Positions 49,901-59,200 of a stretch of DNA of 64,000 nt are shown in pieces. The stretch spans positions 1,549,402 through 1,613,401 of the forward strand of contig CAVXEJ010000004.1 in the NCBI GenBank assembly GCA_963760815.1. The letters run 5' to 3'. How positions within the stretch are numbered: position 1 is the first letter of the stretch; every line of letters starts with the position of its first letter. Made by a program: the position numbers and the translations under genes. Below the pieces are notes generated by a model. The model worked only from the letters and a program-made list of their open reading frames with translations. It was not told the DNA's origin and did not search any database. The DNA comes from an uncultured Actinomycetes bacterium (lineage in GTDB: Bacteria > Actinomycetota > Thermoleophilia > Gaiellales > Gaiellaceae).

Positions 49901-52884
49901 CGAGCGCGTCGTTCGGGTTCACCGCCACGGAGATCATCGAGTGCCGGATCGACTCCGACCCGTTCGCGGCCTGCAGCTCGCCCGCCGGCTACTCGAGCCT
50001 CGCGCAGGGCGCCCACACCTTCGAGGTCCGCGCCTCCGACCTCGCCGGGAACATGTCCGGCGTCGCCTCGCGCACGTGGACCGTGGACACCGTCGCGCCG
50101 CCGGCGCCGACGATCGATTCCGGCCCGACCGGGTTCGTCTCCTCCACGGCGGCGAGCTTCACCTTCTCCGACACCGAGGCCGGCGCCGTCCTCGAGTGCC
50201 GGCTCGACTCGGACCCGTTCGCCGTCTGCACCTCGCCCGCGAACTACACCGGCCTGAGCCAGGGCGCGCACACCTTCGACGTGCGCGCCAAGGACGCCGT
50301 GTCGAACACGTCGGCCACGACCTCGCGGACGTGGACGGCCGACACGGTCGCCCCGCCGGTTCCGACGATCGACTCCGGGCCCACCGGCACGGTCGCCTCG
50401 ACCGCTGCGAGCCTCGCCTTCTCCGACACCGAGGGCGGCGTCACGCTCGAGTGCCGCCTCGACGGCGCGGCGTTCGGCGCCTGCACCTCCCCGGCGGACT
50501 ACACGAGCCTCGCCCAGGGCGCCCACACCTTCGACGTGCGCGCCTCCGACGCCGCCGGCAACACGTCGTCCGCCGCCTCGCGCACGTGGACCGTGGACAC
50601 CGTCGCCCCGCCCGATCCGACGATCGACTCCGGGCCCACCGGCGCAGTCTCGTCCACCTCGGCGAGCTTCGCCTTCTCCGACACCGAGGCCGGCGCCGTC
50701 CTGGAATGCCGCCTCGACTCGGATCCGTTCGCCGTCTGCACCTCGCCCGCCGACTACACCGGCCTGGCGCAGGGCTCACACACCTTCGACGTTCGCGCCA
50801 AGGACGCCGTCTCGAACACCTCCGGGACGACCTCGCGCACGTGGACGGTCGACACGATCGCGCCCGCCGATCCCACGATCGACACCGGCCCGAGCGGCAC
50901 CGTCGCCTCGACCTCGGCCGCCTTCGAGTTCAGCGGCACGGAGACGCTCGAGTGCCGGATCGACGGCGGGTCGTACGCAACCTGCTCGTCGCCGAAGAGC
51001 TACACGAGCCTCGGCCAGGGATCCCACACGTTCGACCTGCGCGCGACGGACGCCGCGGGGAACGCCTCGGGCACGGCCTCGCGCACCTGGACGGTCGACA
51101 CGGTCGCCCCGCCGGTCCCGACGATCGACTCCGGGCCCACGGGTACCGTCGCCTCGACCGACGCGAGCTTCACCTTCTCCGACACCGAGGGCGGCGCCGT
51201 CCTCGAGTGCCGCGTCGACTCGGATCCGTTCGCCGTCTGCACCTCGCCGACCGACTACACGAGCCTCGCCCAGGGCGCCCACACCTTCGACGTCCGCGCC
51301 AAGGACTCGGTCGGGAACACGTCCGCCGCAGCCTCGCGCACCTGGACGGCCGACACGGTCGCCCCGCCCGCCCCGACGATCAACTCGGGCCCGGCGAACG
51401 GCTCGTTCGTCTCGTCCACGTCGCCGTCGTTCGGGTTCTCCGACACCGAGGCCGGCGTGGTCTTCGAGTGCAGCCTCGACTCGGGCTCCTTCGACGTCTG
51501 CACCTCGCCGGCCGGATACACCGTCGGCCAGGGCGCGCACACCTTCGACGTCCGCGCCAAGGACTCCGTCGGGAACACCTCCGGCGCGACCTCGCGCGCC
51601 TGGACGGTCGACACGGTCGCACCGCCGATCCCGACGATCGATTCGGGCCCGAACGGCACCGTCGCCTCGACGAGCGCGGCGTTCACGTTCTCCGACACCG
51701 AGGGCGGCGTCACGCTCGAGTGCAAGCTCGACACGGCGGCGTTCGCCCCGTGCACGTCGCCGGCCGACCTCACCCTCCTCGCCCAGGGCGCGCACACGTT
51801 CGAGGTGCAGGCGAAGGACGCGGCCGGGAACACGGCCTCCACGTCGCGCGCCTGGTCGGTCGACACCGTCGCCCCGCCCGTCCCGACGATCAACTCGGGC
51901 CCGTCCGGCTCCGTGAACACGGGCAGCGCGACGTTCACGTTCTCCGACACCGAGGCCGGGGTGGTCTTCGAGTGCCGGCGGAACGCCGATCCGTTCGCGG
52001 TCTGCACGTCGCCGGTGGGCTACGGCGCGCTCGCCGAGGGCGCGCACTCCTTCGACCTCCGTGCGAAGGACGCCCTGGGTAACACCTCGACGACCGTCAC
52101 GCGCAACTGGACGGTCGACACGGTCGCCCCCGCCGATCCCACGATCGACACCGGCCCGACCGGCACCGTCGCGACGACGGCCGCGACCTTCACCTTCAGC
52201 GGCGAGGCCGGCGCGACCTTCGAGTGCGCCCTCGACGCCGGCGCCTTCGCGGCCTGCACCACTCCGCGCGTGCTCCTCGGGCTCGCCCAGGGCGCCCACT
52301 CGTTCCAGGTGCAGGCGAAGGACGCGGCCGGGAACGTCTCCGCCGGCGCCGCCTCGCGGGCCTGGAGCGTCGACACCGTGGCCCCGCCCGCTCCGACCTT
52401 CTCCTCCGGCCCGACCGGATCGGTCAAGTCCACGGCGGCCAGCTTCGCGTTCGCGGACACCGAGCCCGGCGTCTCCTTCGAGTGCCGCCTCGACGGCGCC
52501 GCGTACGCGCCGTGCACCTCGCCGGTCGCGTTCACCGCGCTCACGCAGGGCCTGCACACCTTCAACGTCAGGGTCACGGACGGCGCAGGCAACATCTCGA
52601 CCGCCGCAGCCCGCACCTGGACGGTCGACACCGTCGCGCCGAACACGACCATCACCGCCGGCCCGAAGACCGGGACGGCGACCACGGCGACGTTCAAGTT
52701 CACGTCCAACGAGGCCGGCGCGACGTTCAAGTGCAAGCTCGACAAGGGCGCCTGGGCGATCTGCAAGACCGGGAAGGTCTACAAGAAGCTGAAGAAGGGC
52801 TCGCACACGTTCCAGGTCGCGGCGACGGACAAGGCCGGAAATCTCGACAAGACGCCCGCCAAGAAGACCTGGAAGATCGTTTAG
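46999..52884 (+). CDS. Giant secreted S8 subtilase (~1960 aa): signal peptide, I9-like propeptide, S8 domain with ~180-aa insert, 16 two-Cys Ig-like modules
   Basis: VAVIDTGV (Asp), HGTHVAGTIGA (His), AAGNDG (Asn), GTSMAAPQVSG (Ser). 16 x ...EC[RSK][LIV]D...F..C.SP...G.HTF.V.A.D..GN... Start ambiguous (GTG 46930/46984/46999). Confidence 0.9.
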   Translation: MVPKHALRLGLSLSGVLLLAIGAGGSSAAETHLAKRVAAPTSVGRADIEGTLANDQVIVRFKAGTTAAERSDALDEVDATVDRTLLPRMQVVDLPDDVAVGEAVGTLEANPDVAYAEPNFERKAAAIPNDPEYPELWALPKMGMPAAWDLATGSTSVIVAVIDTGVAYDHPDLAPNIWTNDDPAGGGDSDGNGFVDDTHGWDFVQEDAVPLDFHYHGTHVAGTIGAKGNNNLGLPGVNWDVSLMPVRAGDFYGSFDSSDTIAAYTYACQNGARVVNGSFGGPGFSQAELDAINSPACANTLFVFAAGNDGYNMDTVGPLEYPCAYNTARIICVAASNETDGRASFSNYGATSVDIAAPGTDIFSASPVWDFVGQLESFEDPGFGARWALPTATNGGPLWGRTAEFKSAATFSLADSPSVVTGTPIPYANNTINQVVNDLELADLTGKRGCFLQYDLRHDIDVGDFLRIYGGTTNVPAAITTEIVSLWSISPSTEFVLVQDDLSMFDGAPAVYLKVQLESNNDGNVGDGAFLDAVGAVCLDPGVENYQRLDGTSMAAPQVSGVAALMIARNPDLTVTQTRNIILATANTVPGFSVPVPLVATGARLDALDAVEHAVLPPAPTIGLGPSGSVSSTAATFAFTGEVGAVECRLDAAPFAQCVSPVDYTGLAQGEHTFRVRATSPAGPSDTTTRVWTVDTIAPAAPTIDSGPTGAVSSTTATFTISNVEGGLTFECSLDGGAFAVCSSPAVFNGLSEAPHTLDVRAKDAAGNTSGTTSRNWIVSLVDTPTIDSGPSGAVSSTAASFAFTDVEGGTTLECSLDAAPFAVCTSPRNYSSLAQGSHTFQVHAVNGLGSVSDPASRTWTVDTVDPVAPTIDTGPTGLVASTAASFTFSNVEGGLVFECKLDSDPFAACTSPVDLTSLGQGSHTFQIRAKDAAGNTSPAASRTWTVDTVAPPTPTIDTGPTGTVASTSASFGFTATEIIECRIDSDPFAACSSPAGYSSLAQGAHTFEVRASDLAGNMSGVASRTWTVDTVAPPAPTIDSGPTGFVSSTAASFTFSDTEAGAVLECRLDSDPFAVCTSPANYTGLSQGAHTFDVRAKDAVSNTSATTSRTWTADTVAPPVPTIDSGPTGTVASTAASLAFSDTEGGVTLECRLDGAAFGACTSPADYTSLAQGAHTFDVRASDAAGNTSSAASRTWTVDTVAPPDPTIDSGPTGAVSSTSASFAFSDTEAGAVLECRLDSDPFAVCTSPADYTGLAQGSHTFDVRAKDAVSNTSGTTSRTWTVDTIAPADPTIDTGPSGTVASTSAAFEFSGTETLECRIDGGSYATCSSPKSYTSLGQGSHTFDLRATDAAGNASGTASRTWTVDTVAPPVPTIDSGPTGTVASTDASFTFSDTEGGAVLECRVDSDPFAVCTSPTDYTSLAQGAHTFDVRAKDSVGNTSAAASRTWTADTVAPPAPTINSGPANGSFVSSTSPSFGFSDTEAGVVFECSLDSGSFDVCTSPAGYTVGQGAHTFDVRAKDSVGNTSGATSRAWTVDTVAPPIPTIDSGPNGTVASTSAAFTFSDTEGGVTLECKLDTAAFAPCTSPADLTLLAQGAHTFEVQAKDAAGNTASTSRAWSVDTVAPPVPTINSGPSGSVNTGSATFTFSDTEAGVVFECRRNADPFAVCTSPVGYGALAEGAHSFDLRAKDALGNTSTTVTRNWTVDTVAPADPTIDTGPTGTVATTAATFTFSGEAGATFECALDAGAFAACTTPRVLLGLAQGAHSFQVQAKDAAGNVSAGAASRAWSVDTVAPPAPTFSSGPTGSVKSTAASFAFADTEPGVSFECRLDGAAYAPCTSPVAFTALTQGLHTFNVRVTDGAGNISTAAARTWTVDTVAPNTTITAGPKTGTATTATFKFTSNEAGATFKCKLDKGAWAICKTGKVYKKLKKGSHTFQVAATDKAGNLDKTPAKKTWKIV
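48841..52881 (+). repeat. Array of 16 tandem ~250-260-nt coding repeats (Ig-like module), last unit Lys-rich
   Basis: Counted from the translation (16 paired-Cys motifs). Units starting about 50083, 50593 and 51093 are mutually most similar. Confidence 0.9.
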
Positions 52885-52921
52885 CTAGTAACGAGCGGCG
52901 CGAGTTGGGACACTTTGCGGC

Positions 52922-55900
52922 ATGTCCAGAGCCGCCTGGCGGCTTGCCGCCCTGCTCACGCTGATCGCAGCGTCGGTGCTCGTTCCCGCCTCGGCCGGCA
53001 GCAGCGGCCGGACTTTGGTGCAGGGTGCGACGTTCCACGGCGCCGAGATCGTCCCGAACCAGCTGATCGTCCGGTTCGAGCCCGGGACGACCCTCGGCGA
53101 GCGCCGCGGGGCCGTGCGCGACCAGGGAGCGACCGTTGCGCAGTCGCTCGCGCTGCCCCGGACTGAGCTGGTCGAGCTCCCCGAGGACACCTCCGTCGAG
53201 GAGGCGATCGCCGCGTTCGAGGCCGACCCCGACGTGGCCTACGCCGAGCCGAACTACGTCTACGAGATCTCGGCCGTCCCGAACGACACGAACTTCGGGC
53301 TCCTGTGGGGTCTCAACCAGGTGAGCGACAAGGACATCGACGCGCCCGAGGCCTGGGACCTCACGACGGGCAGCTCGAGCATCCTCGTCGGCGTGATCGA
53401 TACCGGGGTCGCGTACGACCATCCCGACCTCGCGGCGAACATCTGGACGAACGACGACCCGGCCGGCGGCGGCGACAACGACGGGAACGGGTTCGTCGAC
53501 GACACGCACGGCTGGGACTTCGTCTCGAACGACAACGTGCCGCTCGACGCGAACGAGCACGGCTCGCACGTCGCCGGGACGATCGGCGCGCGCGGCAACA
53601 ACGCGCTCGGCATCACGGGGGTGAACTGGCAGGTGTCGATCATGCCGCTGCGCGCGGGCAACGCCGGCGGCGGCCTGACCGACAGCGCGATCGTCGGCGC
53701 GATCACCTACGCCTGCGCGAACGGCGCGCGGGTCGTGAACGGAAGCTTCGGCGGCGTCGGGTCGTCGCAGGCGACCTTCGACGCGATCACCTCTTCTGCG
53801 TGCGCCAACACGCTGTTCGTCTTCGCGGCCGGGAACGGCGGCATCGACGGGATCGGCGACGACAACGACACGATGCCGCAGTACCCGTGCAACTACGCGA
53901 CGACGAGGATCGTCTGCGTCGCCGCGACCGACCAGAACGACGCGCGTGCGACCTTCTCGAACTTCGGCGCGACGAGCGTCGACCTCGCGGCGCCCGGGGT
54001 GGCGGTCTACAGCACGATCCCGACGTTCGCGAACGTCGCCACCGACGGCTTCGAGGACACGCCGACGCTCTTCAGCACGCGCTGGGGCTCCCAGTTCGCG
54101 CCGGCCGGCCATCCGCTCTGGGGCCAGCAGAGCCCCGGCGCCTCCGGGTCACGTTCGCGCTGAGCGACTCGCCGTCGGGCAACTACTCGGCGAGCACCGA
54201 CTCGCAGATCCGCTCGATCACGGGAACGAATCTCACCGGCCGAGCCGGCTGCTCGCTCGGCTATCTCATGCATCTGGAGACGCAGGGACCTGGCGACGTC
54301 TTCAGCATCTACGCCGCGAGCGCGTTCGGCGGCCCGTACTTCAACCAGGCGGGCTGGACAGGAACGACCGAGCCCGGGTTCTGGCTCTTCTACACGGAGC
54401 TCGGAACCTTCGACGGACAGCCGAACGTCTTCCTGCTCTTCCGGCTCCAGAGCGACGCCGCGGGACAGGCCGATGGCGCCCTCATCGACGACATCAGGTT
54501 CAGGTGCGCGACCACACCGCCGCCGGCCGGCGACTACCGCAACCTGAACGGAACGTCGATGGCGGCCCCGCACGTGGCCGGCGCCGCGGCGCTCGTCTTC
54601 GCCCGCAACCCGGCGCTGACGCCGGCCCAGGTCCGGACGATCCTGCTGGCCACGGTCGATCCGGTCGCAGGCCTCGGCGTGGCGAGCGGCGGCCGGCTGA
54701 ACCTCCGCAGCGCCGTGGCCTCCGTCGACGTGACGTCTCCGGACACGACGATCGACACCGGCCCGTCCGGCCTGGTCAACGACTCGACGCCGACGTTCAC
54801 GTTCTCGAGCAGCGAGGCCGGGACGTTCCAGTGCCGGGTCGACACCGCCTCGTTCGCTGCGTGCACCTCGCCGCACACGACGGCCGCACTGGCCGAGGGC
54901 GCCCACACGTTCGAGGTGCGCGCGGTCGACCAGTTCGGCAACACCGATCCGACTCCGGCGAGCCGCTCGCTCACGGTCGACACCACCGCGCCGCAGACAG
55001 CGATCGATTCGGGCCCGTCCGGGGCGATTAACGACACGACGCCGACGTTCGGATTCTCCAGCGAAGCGGGCGCGACTCTCCAGTGCCGCATCGACACCGC
55101 TGCGTTCGCGGGGTGCAGCTCGCCGCTCACCACGGCCGCGCTGGCCGACGGCGCTCACACCTTCGAGGTGCGCGCAACCGACGAAGCCGGCAACACCGAT
55201 CCGACGCCGGCGAGCCGGTCGTTCACGGTCGACACGAGCGCGCCGCAGACGACGATCGACTCCGGCCCGTCGGGCGCGACCAACGACACCACGCCGACCT
55301 TCGCGTTTTCGAGCGAAGCCGGCGCGAGCCTCCAGTGCCGCGTCGACACGGCGGCGTTCGCGGCGTGCAGCTCGCCGCTCACCACGGCTGCGCTGGCCGA
55401 GGGCGCTCACACCTTCGAGGTGCGTGCGACGGACGAAGCCGGCAACACGGATCCGACCCCTGCGAGCCGCTCGTTCGCGGTCGACACGACGGCGCCGCAG
55501 ACGACGATCGATTCGGGTCCGTCGGGGCCGACGAACGACACGACGCCGACGTTCACCTTCTCGAGCGAAGCGGGCGCTGCCCTCCAGTGCCGCATCGACG
55601 CCGCCTCGTTCGCCGCCTGCAACTCCCCGTTCACCCCGGCGGCGCTGACGGACGGAGCCCACACCTTCGAGGTGCGCGCAACCGACGAGGCCGGCAACAC
55701 GGACGTGAGCCCCGCGAGCCAGGCCTTCACCGTTGACACGACTCCGCCGACGCTCCCCGCGATCGACTCCGGACCCGCCGGCACGATCAAGCTCACGGGC
55801 GCCACGTTCGCGTTCTCGAGCGAGCCGGACGCGAGCTTCGCGTGCAGCCTCGATGGCGCGGCATTCGCCGCCTGCACGTCGCCGGCCGTCTTCGCCGGGC

Positions 55901-56247
55901 TCGGCCAGGGCGCGCACACGTTCCAGGTGCAGGCGACCGACCTCGCCGGCAACACCTCGGGCGCGACGTCGCGCGCCTGGATGGTCGACACGAAGGCGCC
56001 GAATGCGACGATCGGCAGGGGCCCGGCGAAGTCGACGAAGACGCGAACGGCGACCTTCAGGTTCTCCTCCACCGAGGCCGGAGCGACCTTCAAGTGCAAG
56101 CTCGACCAGGGCGCGTGGCGAATCTGCAAGTCCCCCAAGACCTACCGAAACCTGAAGAAGGGCTCACACACGTTCCAGGTCACCGCGACCGACAAGGCAG
56201 GGAATGCCGACAAGACACCGGCGAAGAGGAGGTGGAAGGTCACGTAG
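52922..56247 (+). CDS. Secreted S8 subtilase paralogue 2 with 6 Ig-like modules; apparent 1-nt deletion at GGG 54146-54148
   Basis: VGVIDTGV, HGSHVAGTIGA, AAGNGG in ORF 52922..54163. It continues in the ORF 53305..56247 frame (VTFALSDSPSGNYSASTD...GTSMAAPHVAG + 6 modules), collinear with paralogue 3. Confidence 0.85.
54724..56244 (+). repeat. Array of 6 tandem Ig-like coding repeats, last unit Lys-rich
   Basis: FQCRVDTASFAAC, LQCRIDTAAFAGC, LQCRVDTAAFAAC, LQCRIDAASFAAC, FACSLDGAAFAAC, FKCKLDQGAWRIC. Confidence 0.9.
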
Positions 56248-56293
56248 ACCCTTTGGGGGGTAGTCGGGCGCACCACTCGCGGTGAAACTCTGA

Positions 56294-59200
56294 GTGTCGA
56301 GAATGGCCCGCCGCCGCACCGCACTTCTCACACTCGTAACGACCTCCGCGCTTATTGTCGCCGTGGCCGGCTCGAGCGCGCGGGCGCTGGCGAGCGCATC
56401 AGCGGCTCCCGCCCTAAGCAGTAGCGCACCGGCTCTCGTTCACGGCGCCTTGTTCAACGGCGCCGAGATCGTCCCGAACCAGGTGATCGTCCGCTTCGCG
56501 GCCGGAACTTCCTCGGCCGGCCGGCGTGCGGCCGTGCGAGCCGAAGGAGCCGCGATCGCAGAACCGCTGAGCCTTCCACGTACCGAGCTCGTCGAGCTCG
56601 CGGACGGCACGTCCGTCGAGGACGCGATCGCCGCGTTCGAGGAGAACCCCGACGTTACGTACGCGGAGCCGAACTACGTCTCCCAGCTGAGCGCGATTCC
56701 GAACGACACGAACTTCGCGCAGCTCTGGGGCCTGAATCAGGTGAGCGACAAGGACATCGACGCGCCCGAGGCCTGGGATCTCACCACGGGCAACTCGAGC
56801 ATCATCGTCGCGGTGATCGACTCGGGCGTCGCGTACGACCACCCCGACCTCGCGGCCAACATCTGGACGAACGACGACCCGGCGGGCGGCGGTGACCAGG
56901 ACGGAAACGGCTTCGTCGATGACACAAACGGCTGGGACTTCGTCGCCAACGACAACGCGCCCCTCGACGCCAACGAGCACGGCACGCACGTCGCGGGGAC
57001 GATCGGCGCGCGCGGCAACAACGCGCTCGGCGTCACGGGAGTCAACTGGCAGGCGTCGATCATGCCGCTCCGCGCAGGCAACGCCTCCGGGAGCCTGACG
57101 GACGCCGCCATCATCGACGCGATCGTGTACGCGTGCGCGAACGGCGCTCGCGTGGTGAACGGGAGCTTCGGCGGCGGCGGGTTTTCCCAGGCAACGCTCA
57201 ACGCGATCGACTCGGTGGCCTGCGCGAACACGCTGTTCGTATTCGCCGCGGGGAACGGCGGCAGCGACGGCATCGGCGACAACAACGACACAACACCGGA
57301 GTACCCCTGCAACTACAACACGACCAGGATTGTCTGCGTCGCCGCGACGGATCAGAACGACGCGAGGGCGTTCTTCTCGAACTTCGGCGCGACGAACGTC
57401 GATCTCGCGGCCCCGGGCGTCGGGATCTTCAGCTCGATGCCAACGTTCGTGAACGTCCTGAGCGACGGCTTCGAGGACACGCCGACGCTCTTCAACACGC
57501 GCTGGGGCGGCCAGGCCGCGCCCACTGGCCATCCGCTTTGGGGGCCGCAGAACTTCGTCTACGCCGGCGGTGGCGCGTTCAGCCTGAGCGACTCGCCGGC
57601 GGGCAACTATTCGGCGAACACGGACACGCACATCCGCTCGCTCACCGGAAGCAACCTCTCCGGCCGGGCCGGCTGCTCGCTCGGCTACAACATGCACCTC
57701 GCCACCGAGCCGCTCCTCGATGGGGTCACGATCGAGGCCTCGACCGCGTTCGCGGGCACCTACACCGACGTGAGCCAGGGCGGCTGGAGTGGTACGACCG
57801 GACCCTTCTTCTTCGGGTTCCAGGAGGACCTCGGGGCCTTCGACGGGCAGGCGAGCGTCTTCCTGCGCTTCCGGCTGAGAAGCAACGGCACCAATCAGTT
57901 CGACGGAGCGCACATCGACGACATCTCCCTCAACTGCGTGACCACGCCGTCGGCCCCCGGCAACTACCAGAACCTGACCGGCACGTCGATGGCCGCGCCG
58001 CACGTGGCGGGCGCCGCGGCACTCGTCCTCGCCCGCAACCCGGCTCTAACCACTGCTCAGGTGAGAACAATCCTGCTGAGCACGGTCGACCCGATCGCCG
58101 GCCTCAGCGTGGCCAGCGGCGGCCGGTTGAACGTCGGCAGCGCGGTGGCAGCCGTGGACGTCGTTGCTCCGCAGACCACGATCGACACCGGCCCGTCAGG
58201 CCCGACGAACGACTCCACGCCGACGTTCACCTTCTCCAGCAGCGAGCCCGGAACCTTCCAGTGCCGCGTCGACGCCAGCGCTTTCGCGGCCTGTACGTCG
58301 CCGCACACGACCGCGGTGCTGGCCGACGGCGCCCACACCTTCGAGGTGCGCGCGACCGACCTGGCCGCGAACACCGACCCGACCCCCGCGAGCAGGACGT
58401 TCACGGTGGACACCGCCGTCCAGACGCAGATCGACTCCGGCCCCTCCGGCCTGACCAACGACTCGACGCCGACCTTCGCGTTCTCGAGCGAGCCCGGAGC
58501 GACCTTCGAGTGCCGCGTGGATACCGGAAGCTTCGCCGCCTGCACCTCGCCGCACACCACCTCGGAACTGGTGGACGGTCCGCACACCTTCGACGTCCGC
58601 GCAACCGACCTGGACGGCAACACCGACCCGACCCCTGCGACCCGGTCGTTCACGGTCGACACGACGCCCGCGCAAACGCAGATCGACTCGGGCCCCTCCG
58701 GCCCCACCAACGACTCCACGCCGACCTTCACGTTCTCGAGCGAGGCCGGAGCGACCTTCCAATGCCGCAGCGACGGCGAGCCCTTCGCCGCCTGCACCTC
58801 ACCGCACACCACCTCGATCCTGGGCGAAGGAGCCCACACCTTCGACGTCCGCGCGACCGACCAGGCCGCCAACACCGACCCGACCCCCGCGAACCGGTCT
58901 TTCACGGTCGACACCGTCGTCCAAACGCAGATCGACTCGGGCCCCTCGGGCCTGACCAACGACTCCACGCCGACCTTCACCTTCTCCAGCGAGGCCGGGG
59001 CGACCTTCCAATGCCGCACCGACGCCGACCCCTTCGCCGCCTGCAGCTCGCCACACACCACCTCGATCCTGGCCGAAGGAGCCCGCACCTTCGAGGTGCG
59101 CGCGACCGACCCGGCCGGCAACACCGACCCCACCCCGGCGAGCCGGTCGGTCACGGTGGACACGACGCCGCCCCCGATCCCAGCGATCGTCGGCCCAGGC

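Noticed and set aside
52922-56247. S8 paralogue 2 as a true pseudogene.
   Set aside because: There is a single 1-nt deletion in a G-run and both halves are otherwise intact and collinear with paralogue 3. The same error type affects essential genes, so an assembly indel is more parsimonious.
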